Of a stretch of 46,706 bases of DNA, positions 35,001 to 46,706 are shown in pieces (position 1 is the stretch's first letter; each line of letters begins with the position of its first letter). The position numbers were made by a program, and so were the translations under genes. This DNA comes from Catajapyx aquilonaris (Eukaryota): positions 1 to 46,706 of the forward strand of contig KZ538802.1 in NCBI GenBank assembly GCA_000934665.2, given 5' to 3'. The notes below the pieces were generated by a model. It made no database searches. It was not told the origin of the DNA and saw only the letters and a program-made list of their open reading frames with translations.

Positions 35001-38000
35001 ATACCAGAATGTTTTAAAAAAAAGTAAGCTGTTGTTAAAGTCGCTCCAATTTTAAAATGTCACGAGCATTATGCATTATGCCTGAAAAAAAATTAGCATA
35101 ATAATGACCTCCTGCCGATTGTTGCGCTGGAAAAACCTCCCCCCACCATGCAATTCGCTAGACAATTGCTCGATAATGACGTAGGAAGTTTTTGGTGTAA
35201 CAAAGCGTTTTGTATTGAATTAGCCTAGATAGAGGTGTGTAACCTAGTTTTGGCGCGGGGCTTGGGGATTCCCTATCTGCAGGTGTCAACCTTTTAGGTG
35301 CGAGGGACCAAGAATGCGACGGTCCTCAGGGGGTGGGGGTGGGGGTGGGATTATAATAAAAAAACCGCATTCTTGTTAGACTGGCTCATGTTTGGTTAGC
35401 CAAGGACGAGCTTGTCCGTCGCAACCTTGGCCAGCCCTGGACTGTGGAGTAGCCAGAATTTTTGCCTACATAATTAGGTTTCACGCCTTCATGCGTGCAA
35501 GGTCCTTCACTTCTTTTGTGTGCTTATCAGTACGTATACCTGAAACATTTTAAGAGAGGAAGTTGGGGGAGTAGTTGTCTGCGCATCAAAACTATGCGGG
35601 CAGAGTATCGTTTTGAGCACTTATTACCCATTCGACATTGGCAATTATGGGTTTAACCGGGCGTGTACCCGGAGTGATTACGGCCGGAATTGCTTCATCA
35701 GGGAGCTGTCAATAAATGGCCTGCAACTAAATGGCGGCCTGTGAAGATTTATAATGCAAAATGAGGGCCAGCCGCGTGGGAAATATGCGCGCGTTTTCTG
35801 CCATTTAATGCACGTGTTCGCAAGTTCACATTGTCCATTTTGCTTGAAAATGTGGGTCCAGTCCACGGTATACAACTGGTCCGAGTCATTTGGCTCTATA
35901 TTAGCATCCGTATTGCCAAGGACTGCGGAAGTCGGTGAATTCTATGGGCACTTTTTGTTGCAAGCACATCTTCCATCCTGTTGCGTCACCCTATATATAC
36001 CTGCGGGACTAATGTATTTTTTTCAAAATAATTTTTCGATTCCCTTTGGCTGGTTTATGTGTACCGGATATATGGGGATGAGAAGGGGGGCTTCCTGGAT
36101 CGGAAGCGATTGGCGAATAACTCCAGATCCGGACCATTAGTCTCTCTCTGCAGGAGTTAGCAGCGATGCAAAGAAATGAGTCGGTTCTGGCCTGCGGATA
36201 GGGAATTTTTGGGGGAGAAAAGATGGTTCGTTCCCCCCTGAGCTTGTTCTTCTGGCGCGCTTCCTGTCGCTAATGGGGAAAGCTTATGGGGTGGTTGGGA
36301 GGGGAGAGAAGAAAAGCCTTGTTGCCACGTGGCTCCCAAAAAATCCCAGGCTCGTTCGGCCTCATTAGTCCACTTACAATCCCCCCTCTGCAGTTCTAAT
36401 CATGCTCCGACCACTTGGTTCAAAAAGAGGGGATGTCAGGCTCTGGAGGCACGCTACACTGGCCCAGGAATATTTCTTTTGCAGCCGCGGATTAATATTT
36501 GCTCAGTTTCTGGCCAAACAGGTTGTGCTGGAAAGAGAGTTTTTAGGTAGTGATTTTATCGGCTGGACCGTAACCGTAACTGTAGGGGACAAAAATCTCA
36601 TTGGGAATCCGGGCACAGATCCGGGAGGGCAAGGGCTGTAACGAGATGAGGGTCTGCTCTCTGTCGACGGGTTCACTGGCGCGACCATTTTCTTCTTCTG
36701 GGCTGCCAATACCGGAGGAAAGGTGGTGGTTCTATCAATACGCAGACATGTCCCCGAATGTCCCAGCATCTCTCTGGAATTTAAATGTGTCATGATTCCT
36801 AGAGTTGTTGTTTTATACTCCCTATATACATGAGAGAAGTAAATCAGGCGTACCTGCCCTCCATTTTAATACAGAGCGGGGTTTGGGTGAGAAAGTGTTG
36901 GAATTCACCTCCTTATTGCACAGCAGCTCCTCCTTTTAACCTGGGCCATATTTCAAAAGTTGTAATGGCCCCGGTGGATGTATAGCGAAGGGATTTATGG
37001 GCTAACTGAGAAGCACGTCGTCGGTCTTGAAAGCACGTCAGATGAGATTTCTTCCGGGAGAGCCTCTCTCTCTCTCTCTGGATGGAAAGCAGTCTCTGGG
37101 AATGCTTGCCGCTGCCTTTCCTCCCCCAGGTGATCTTCATTCTGGGCAGCGGATCAAGAGGGGGGGAATCTGCGGGATTCCGACCCAGACCTGTGACACC
37201 GGAACAAATGGACCTGCATCATCCGGACGACCAGGAAAAAAATACGTACACTTTTATTTGAGCCGAGCGAGTGGGATGCTGCTGGGGAGGATGAAATGAC
37301 CAGGCCGGTAATTGACACCATTGCTCTGAACAGCAGCCGTGCGTCACAGTCGACATGGGGACATATCGCGTTTCCTAAAAAAATAATTGGAAATTAATGC
37401 CGGCAGTTACACACTGCATTACACGATTGATGTGATTAGCAAGAAATCATCTTACACAAATTTGAGCAAACCTATAGCGGTCAGTGACATACCAGTATAC
37501 ATTGGGGGTGATGCACCACTCTAAAAATCTGGTCTGAAGAGAGGCTGTGCTTCACAGCTTCTGGCTGGATCCGTCAAGTGGCATGAGGAAGGATCTTTTT
37601 TTCCCCCCATTTCGGCCTTGAGTGCTGGTGGGTCTGATGTAGACTGGTGCAAAACATGGCAGCCGCATGTCTGCACGTCCGGCGGGCGGGGGTGAGGTTG
37701 AATTGGTTTTAAAGCACCATCGCCCACACCAACCTCTCGGGCCTGCCCGACATTGCTGATGGTGGTTGCCTAAAGGTCATCAAAGGCATTTTGTGGCTTG
37801 CCCCACTCATGATGCGCTCTCATTTTTTTAGAGAGAGGGCGTGGAAAGCGCATCTCGGTTCCATGCAACTTATGTTAGTCACACACGTTCGTATTACACG
37901 TGCCTGGATTAGTCGAAATCACTCAACCAGCAGCGTGTAAGTGGACACGTATTTAATGAAACGGGATTCATAAGGAGGGCAATAACGATCCTTATCCACC

Positions 38001-41000
38001 GCGCACATACGTCTAACTCCATCTGTAATGGCTATTGAATAGTGCAAATGACCATTTGAGAGTGCCGTGTTAAAAATAAGTGGATCAATACTAGGTGTTT
38101 CTGAGTTGCGATCCGGCATTAATTATCCGGGAGCCGGATTGAGAGAAATAATTGATTAGATTTTTACATGTAATCATTTATTGAACCAGCACCTGCTAAT
38201 GTATAGTGCTGTCATTATTACGTTCATTAACTAATGCATTTGTTATGGTGAATGTGCTGCCTACTTAACAATTGATATTTCAGGCTCCCAAATTTTATTA
38301 ATAGGATGAATAATGAGTTTGTACCAGCAAATATTTCTGGTCGCCTGGGTAATAATTTACCTCATTTATCCTACTTTTCTGTTGTTTATTATCAGCCAAT
38401 GTTAAACCTTTTCAATTTATTATTGTTGCAATTGCCAGATTCATGCTAGTCCAAAACGCAAATTATTTATAACTCTACTTTCACCACAGGCAGCGAGATA
38501 GTTGATCCCACACGCGTGTAATGGGAGGGAAATGAATTCCATACATCAAACGGATTAAATTAAACGAAAGAAGTGGGACATTTAATCTCAACTTTAGTAG
38601 GATTTGGGCATCATTTGAATGACATAATGGGAGCATATATAAGCATGAAATTGTTAAGAGGATCTGGATGCTGATTTACTTCACTGCCCTGCGCCCCTTC
38701 AGAGAATGAATCTAAAACAGAGGCTTAGTCATACATTGTGATATTTGTATTTAAATCATCTTTAAAAGCTGCGCTGAAAATTATACACTGCTAGACCAGA
38801 GTAGACAAAGGCATGAATTTAACCTTGGAAGCGGCGTCCTGAATAGATTTCGGGATTACGGATTCAAGCAGTGACATCCTTTTGAAGCCCAGGCCTAAGA
38901 ATAAAGCGTTACAGATTGGTGGGCACGAAGGTCGCGGAATAGACTCGACATTTGCCATTTCCATAATTGTGGCCTAGACTTAGAATAATTCCTAACTGCA
39001 GGAGCGGTGGGTTGAAATTAGATCCTGTGGTCCCCATTTCCGACCCCCCAAAAAATGCTGATGGCATTAGAAAAATAATTCCCTGGGAAGTCCACATATA
39101 TTAAAGGGTTAGACTATCTATGATGGGGAAGTCTGTCAATCGCGATCCCTCGCCCTTTATTAATCCATTTATCGCAGGAAACTCCGGCGCAACCTTAATT
39201 AAACCGGAGTCGTTGTCTTTCTTTTTTATACCACGGAACTGAAGAGGAAGCTCATGCCGGAAGCTCATTAACATTCTCCTTTGAGATACAATGTCGGTGT
39301 AATTACTGCCGAGTTTCTGCGCGAATTTTTCACCGGGTCGGGGGAGTCAATTGCCCACACTTTGAAGTGAGCTCCGAAATATGTTCACGTACATTTTTAC
39401 ATCAAATGTCTGGAGAGAGGGCCTTCGAATACAGTGGAATCCTTATGATGGAACCGGTTTATTCGGTCGATACAAGGTATTACCTTCGGCTGTCAGACGC
39501 TTGATGAGGTTTCGCGGAAAAGAGTGAATTTGCAGGTAATTTGCGGCACGACATGTATAAAGATGGCTTAGGATTAGCAGTCGGTTTAGAAAGAAGCATT
39601 TTTCGTTATATCCAAATAATGTTCCATGTAGCTGCAATTTGGCCTGCACACCATTGCAAAAATGTTATTTTTGGACTATGCTGCAAGTCGGAGAGAGCGC
39701 AGGTGTCTGTTAGGTGTCAGGTTAGTGGCTAAACTTTTCAAGTATTTTGCGCGGTTTCTGGCTAACTTGTGCAGATGACCGGGAGAGGAAAAAATTGGCC
39801 GGGCGAGTACATTAAAATTAACGCCGCACCTTTGGTGTGTACATACCTGCAATTGAACCTATATATAGGACGTCATTTCCCAGCACATGATGCTTATGAG
39901 CGGCGTCCACCTGATGATCCTCGGCTGGTTCACATTCTGCTGCTAATAAACCGGTGGAACAGGTCGGCTTGGAGGACGCCCTTAGCCAAGGTCAATTAAT
40001 ACTAAATAGGAAGGACTTGGGAAGGTTTTGCATCAGCAGAAGATCCATAAGGAAGCTCCGATGCTGCAGTTTTATTCCGGAAACTTTTCTTCCCAGCAGA
40101 GGCGTGAGGCTTGCGTCCCTGAGTGACTGATTGCGCGGATTTCCAAGTCTGTCAACGTGCTTTCCCTTCCCAAAATATGCATTTTCCGGCCATCAACTCA
40201 CGTCGGGGAAGCCTTGGAATGGAAATGCCATTACCGACTTGTAAATATTAGTTGTTACCGCCTTGGAAAATTTTATGCCGGGAGGGGTATATTGAATATT
40301 CAGGAACGAACCTCTCTTTCTCTTCAGGGAGTATGTGTGATCTGAATGGGTTATTTGGCAACGTCGGATTCAGATTGGGGAGTCAGCCCGCCGGATCACA
40401 TTCCATAGTGTGGCAGAGAGGCCTCCGGGCCAAGCACGTTTCGGGACTGCCCCCTTCTCCCTACAAGAACTCGCTAATCACTTTTTCTGGTCCTGCGCAT
40501 AAGCCTGGCCAATATTTTATATGGCCAGCCGGATTCCATCGTGTTTGATTGAAAAACCGACGTCGTTGCCAAGATTCACCAGCGTATTGTTGCAGATTCG
40601 GTCAAGGAAACGGTGCTGTCTAGCCCCGTGAACAATGCGGAATACGGTGCTCAAGTTGCATTTCTCGAGGTTTGCAAAAAAAAAGGTCTGACGATCGGAA
40701 TTCGCGTCGCATGCAGGTTGGTTTCATGGCCGCCTGGGCATAAACAAAATCTGGCCGTCCCGAAGTGAAAATGCCAGCCTACGACTCGCAGGATTTTCGT
40801 CACGCTTTGTCGTCCAAGAGGAACTTCGCCGGAGCTAAAGAGCAACGGGAAACCTAGAATGCGCGCGTCACTCTTACGTGCGAATAAATTCATAAAAGCT
40901 CGCCTCGACAATTTCATCATTCGGCCATTGTGACGGTCGGACACTGTGACGACAACAGCAAAAAAAAAAAGGTCGTGTGCGCATTGCATCGGCGCATTTA

Positions 41001-44000
41001 ACGACTGCGCACCGCTTCTACGCATGTCTATGCGGACTTCAATAATCAGGGCGAACAAACTGCCCTTCCTCTTGTTGTTCCTCCATAGTCAATACAAATA
41101 AAGGCCCTTTCTACTGCTTACCCGCTACTATTTGCCGAGCTAGCTGAAAGCAAATATTGGCGTTTCGAAAGGGGCTGTGTTGCACTGGGAATTTCATAAT
41201 TTTGGAAATGAAACCCGGTGCCCCCCCTCCCCCCACCTCCTCTTTTTCCAAAGCGTGCTCATGTAGTGCAGATAAAATAGTATCTCGTTCCTGGGCAAAT
41301 AACCCGCCGCCCAGCGGGGTTTATCAATGGATAAAGCGAGCATGTGTAAACCGTAACCCCCAAACACAACGAGTCATTCATGTGCTATACGCACACAAGA
41401 GAGTTTGGTCCACGTGACTTGAGGGCCCCAGTACTTGGAAAAGAGTCAAGTTTGTTTACTCTGATCCACAAACATTTCGAGGTTTCGGAGTGTTGGAGAT
41501 TAGACGAGGCTTGAATTATTATGCTGCTTGACTCCAATCCGAAGTCCAGTTTGCTTCGACCAGTATTTTGTTGAATGTAGTAAAACCATGTATAGTAAGC
41601 TGTAAGTATACAAATTTAGTTGTTTTTATTCCACCTGAGATGTAATGGCGCACAATTTTGCATGGCCTTGATTAGCCAGTGTGAATTATTTGCTTTACGA
41701 TACGCTGTAGTGGGTTTGTTTGCGCCGCGTGGCCGAGTGGTGCTTCCCTGTTCAGCGAATTGTACCGAGTAGATGGTCATCGCTTCATGACCTGCCCCGC
41801 GATGCGAGGTCACTGCCTATTATTTTGAGGGGGAACGAGCGCACGCACTGCCATATCTGTGGTGCCCTCTTGATTTTCTTCCACTTTGGTTTATGATTTA
41901 TAGAGAGAAATCGAGAGAGGCTCCCGGAAGTGGGAGGTGTGTAATAGATTCCTGAGCCCTCCCACATTCCCCCCCCCCCCCTCCCAATCATGACCCTGAT
42001 CTAAAAATTTTATCATGTAAGCCAGACTTAGCAGCAGGATTCCAGTTCAGATAATTACAAGCTATAAATATAACTAGGGGAACATGCATTGTCAGTAAGA
42101 ATTTATCCTCAACTGATTGGGCCTGCTATATCAAATTGTGCCAACAGAATTCTGCCATGTGTGATCTGACGATGTGTCTGTGTTTGGGTTGGTATTTCTG
42201 AGCTAGCCAGCGGCAAGGTTCCGTCTGGGGGTGTACAGGGTGCGTCATTAATTATGTCACCATCGCAAATGTGATGACAGTTATGGATTGTTTACTCCAT
42301 CAACCAGTTAAATGAGCAGCTACAATATTGCTGCAATAAGCAATTCAGTTTTGGTTGACCCTCCTGATAAATCCGGGTAGGTTTCAAAAATACAGCACCC
42401 ACCCGTAAATCCTCTCCTAATTTCGTGGGGGTGGTGAAACCTTTCCCCCCCTCCAAAAGCGACACGACGGTTGGCCCCCGGGCCAAATGTTGACACCCGA
42501 CCGCTTCCCCACGCGGTGTTGACGATCTGTACACTGTACTCACGCAATGTACACACACACACCGTCGTCAAGGAACCTTGGCAATCGGTCGGCGTGGAGA
42601 GATAATCCTCCTAGCTAGAGATAAGCCCTGGCGAAGGCTGCTCCGCTGAGTACAGGTAATATCCAGGTGGAAGTGTCGCCCGATGTGGCAACCCTGCCGG
42701 TGGGAGAAAGGACCGTAGTCTGGCGAGTTTGTTGCGAGTCGGCAGCACAGAGGAGAAAACCCAACGAAGGTGAGGCCCCCCCTTCTTCAAGCAGCATTCT
42801 TCTACACGGTGCCAGTGCCGGCAGGTGCGCGTTGTGTGCTTGTGTCCTGTGATTTTGTTGGAGTCACCTATACTGGAATATTATTTGGACGATGCTGTGA
42901 TGTGGGGGAACCAGGAGCTCACTTTCCGCAGGTCAGTTTTGGGAGATTGCGTCAACTACACTGGATGGCCAGGACATAATTGCGGCGTAAATCACCGCTT
43001 TTTCGAGAGGATTAACCGGATGTTGACAAACTGCCCAGTCATATTTAATTCATCGTGGTTGTAGTGGCTGTTCAGATTTAATGGCGCTTTGACAGCACCC
43101 TGATGGTTGTTTCTGCTAGGGTGTGTCACCCTGTACGGCATATTCTTCAATGCGTGGAGTAATCTGTTTAAATTTTTGATGATGTTGGCATGTTTTTAGT
43201 CGAAATGTCAAACCCCAGCAAAAATGCCTTCAAGGTGTGTGTATACATGGCATTGGCGACGTGACGTCGCATTCTGTGATGGCTACGTAGGCGCACAGAA
43301 ATTTGCATACTATTCGGTCATGTTTATTCTCCCATTGAAAGCAGCGTCATAAATGGAATTCCAGGGGCCCCACTATTCTTCACGCGCAGTCCGCATGCAA
43401 ATAAACTGATATTGTGAAGTCACGTGAGCAGGACCCAGTTTGTATACACCGGTGTAATCTCGGTTTTTAGTCGCAAGTGACTCACTCTCTCCTGGCCAGG
43501 CAACGTGGCCTTTCGCCTAATGAGAGAGCTAGAGAGGACTTTGAACCAAAAAGAGGAGGCTGGGAGGATGGTCCGATCACGAGTGGCCTCAGGACGAGAC
43601 GTATCCGTCCATTTCCCACATGCCCAAACACTTATCTCTTGGTGATTGCCCCCCCCTCTATGCTCATGTGTTGGCAACACTGAAGCTTGGGAATCTGGTG
43701 TTGATAAAGAGGCACCCAGTAACCCCCGGGCCGATTTTGGGGAGACGACTCCAAAATAGAAAACTGGTCAAAGCCAAGGTCAGGGATTTACCCAAATAGA
43801 AACACACACAAAGGGATAGATAAGCGATGTTTGTAAGCTTGGAATGCTCTGGATTGCTGTTGTGCAAACTACGAATTTTGCTTACACAAAAGGGGAAATT
43901 GTGATGTCAAGTTGCCAGACTTGTTCAGTGCACCACCCGGTACAGGACGCCTTGCGTGTACCGGCAGTGAATCGGAATGTCCGTCGAACAAAAAAACTGC

Positions 44001-46706
44001 GGCGAGGCTTCCTCATCCCATGTCCATTCCGAAACCTTGGGCCAATAAGTGGGCGCGTTTTTTTGTGTGTCCCGTTCGCTTCGTGCCTACCCTCAGGTCA
44101 CGATCATCCCGCATGCGATTTTTTCTAGGAATGTTTTCACGCCGTCGATGTACTACTCTTACAAAAAATAATTGAGCAAACGTCGATTTATCTAGTGTAT
44201 TTTTGACCTCATTTTCGTTGCACGTGGTGATAAATGGTGATAGGATGTGCCTCCAGGGAAGAGCACTTTCTTTTTATGATTTCGAGTGTCCGTCCGCATT
44301 TTTTGGTCATCCCCCCAAGAGAAAGTATCCGGTGGCAAATCACAAAATATCGTCAAATTATTCCCATCGGATCACTTTGGACAACAACAACGATGCAAAA
44401 GTGGAACAACCTTTCGTGTGTAGTCGCAGACGATGGAGGTAAGGTATGCGAGATTTTCGCCTCGTAAATCGCGCTTGCCGTTTTAAGAAGGAGGTGCAGC
44501 GACCTTTAACGTCGCCTTTTTCGAGACACTCCACCGGTTTGATGGGTTCAACGCCATTTTGGAGGAAAAAAGGTCGAGCCTCCTGAAAAAATCAGGTTGT
44601 TCGATTGACAAGCTCTCCTAAAGTTTGTCGACATAACCAGCAGTGTTATATGAATGGAAGCATCGCAGGAGTGTGACAAACTGCAGGGTTTTCGTAATGG
44701 TACGTCCGTAGCTGGGATGAATAGACACGTCTATAGTGGGCGCGAGTGGGCGGAAGTACTATAGAAGGATGAGGACGCTGCCCACCCTTCCGGTTGTCCG
44801 TCATACTCACCTTGGCCACATGCAACCTACTTGGCAGCCCAGCCCAGAAGGTGGCCCAAGTCCATCTAGATGGTTCCGACCTGTGCCCAAAAACCTTATG
44901 CTCCTCAGCTGTTTGTTGACTGGAGGTCGGACTTATGCAAAGAGGCAGGTCATGCTTCCTCATTACAAGCAATTATCTCACTTGTCTTTGGTGGTTAATT
45001 TACCGCTGAAGTGTTTCGTTTAAAGAACAACGGAAGGAGCGTTTTAGGCAGGGTTGTCGCGTCGAAATAAATGGTGGGCAGCGATATAAATAGCGCCGCC
45101 TGAATATTCTGTGCGTGAAAATGCGAAATGCGTCACACCCTTTTTTTCGGTATGTGAACTGTCGGGTGAATATCCCTCGGTGCCAGTCTCAGGTGTATGG
45201 CATAGAGGTTCTTATCTTCAGGCGTGGGCGTACCAGTGACTTCCTCCGTACCTTCCTCCGCCCACCCCTTTTAACTCTGACTTCCTTCCTTTGTTTTCCA
45301 CCGCCGCGATTCTGCACGCCAAAACTATACCCTTTTACGCTTTTTTGGGTCCTTGCGTGCCATCGCGGATCTACTAAAACGGAGACTTTTGATTATGCCA
45401 AAAAAATGTGTGCGGATCTCGGAAAAATGACAGTCATTTGGAGAGCGAATTATTCATGGATAACGGACCTCTTTGGGACGGTTATCACGATATTGTGCAG
45501 ATCGGTGCCGCTTTGTATATAAGGAGACCTTAACAGTTACGAGTGTTGTATGCACGAACATTGCTCAACTTATAATTTTGCGAGTAGCTTTTAAATTCGA
45601 TGTTCATACGGTACACGGGTGGTTCCTCGTTTCTGGAGGTCGAGGCGATGTTGCCTGTTACGACTATCACATATATAGGTGTAACACACTGTACCTATAG
45701 TTCAATACAGCTGTTCAATATGCTGATTGCTTACTACAGAAGCATAGGAAAAAAAAAACAATCAGTGAAAGTGACTTCTTCCATTGCAGTGGGTCCAGTT
45801 AACCTGTTAATACAGTATATTCAATTTGCATTAGCATGATATTTAAACATGATTCTCATAGCTAGGTGTAACCTTCGTGCGATTGATATTCAGCGCCATA
45901 TCCTCAATTATAACTTTTAACAACTTTCGAATAACGTTTCGCAACTACTTATTGCAAATAACCAAACTTTTCATCAAACTTTCTGACACCTGTCGCATTA
46001 ACTCTTGCACCTCCCGTTTTATCGAGATTCGACTTTGCAGTTAATTTTCGCACCGGTATAACGTTGCTCTATGTCGATAAAGCTTATCTGGACCACTTCG
46101 ATTGTGAGTTGGAGTAGCGCATGGCTTTATTATGGGCAGGCCGGATTGATATACTGCCCCCTGATCGAGAGCCCAGGTGACATCACTGGGCCGTACTGGG
46201 TACGGAGTAGAGTTAGCGTACTCCGAGGACCCCTGGCAGCCGTAAGCCCTCCCCATATAACTAGAAGTGTGCGGGTGCGACGGGCCACTAACGACCCTCC
46301 GTGGTGTAATTAAGATTTACGACTCACGTTCACGTGCCCGAATAATTCATCCCCGGGATGTCTTTGGCCATTTCATGCACGGACCCAACCCGGGTGATGT
46401 GTTTTCCACAGGAAACGGAGGTTTTTGGGGGGTGTCCCCGGCACAATGATTAATGGCGGTCTCCTGGCTCCATTTCATTTGTGTACACTTTGGGGCACAG
46501 GGTAGTACGTTATCGTCTGACGCCCGAATTTTCTCCTGAAAAATCAACATGAAGAAACTCCTCATTCTTATCAGCTGCTAGGGCGTGGGGTTGCCTCTTT
46601 GCTGGTGTGGTGATCAACTGTGTGGCGGTTTCGCACTAATTATCGCTAAAGAGGTGTGACAACACCAGGTAAAATGTGGTGTACCCTCTTTTTATGTGAT
46701 CTGAAA

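Noticed and set aside
42236..43133. ~900-bp Tc1/mariner element bounded by TACAGGGTG / CACCCTGTA
   Set aside because: The inverted match is only ~10 bp and no transposase remnant is recognisable inside.
2466..46565. Remaining ORF-track entries (e.g. 2466-2957, 5774-6253, 14561-14803, 16742-17032, 23795-24664, 26917-27342, 31539-31958)
   Set aside because: Mostly non-ATG starts, homopolymer-derived K/F/G/P runs, no recognisable domains and no consistent exon boundaries; expected noise in intron DNA.

Overview
Intron-rich animal genomic DNA, most likely from an arthropod; almost all ORF-track entries are spurious. Two genes lie head-to-head around a compact bidirectional promoter (~1.89-2.35 kb). 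On the minus strand is the 5' end of GAR1 (H/ACA snoRNP subunit; RGG-rich coding exon 1460->~1311). On the plus strand is the 5' part of a RAPGEF2/6-type PDZ-GEF gene. It has a probable non-coding exon ending at 2621 and three coding exons (19178-19261, 25426-25553, 28994-29077) that splice in phase into the N-terminal cNMP-binding-like region; the next exon was not found in the window. The introns hold several MITEs and foldback elements (Tc1/mariner-, Harbinger- and hAT-like), a ~148-bp tandem array with RFX X-box motifs, and microsatellites. The best leads are three. First, a fragmented Ser/Thr-kinase-like coding relic at ~7.9-8.8 kb, possibly part of a ~2 kb insertion. Second, complementary (TTA)n/(TAA)n tracts at the two ends of one 6.2-kb intron that could bridge it as RNA. 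Third, a uORF cascade ahead of the RAPGEF start codon. All protein matches were made by eye from remembered family motifs; no database search was run.
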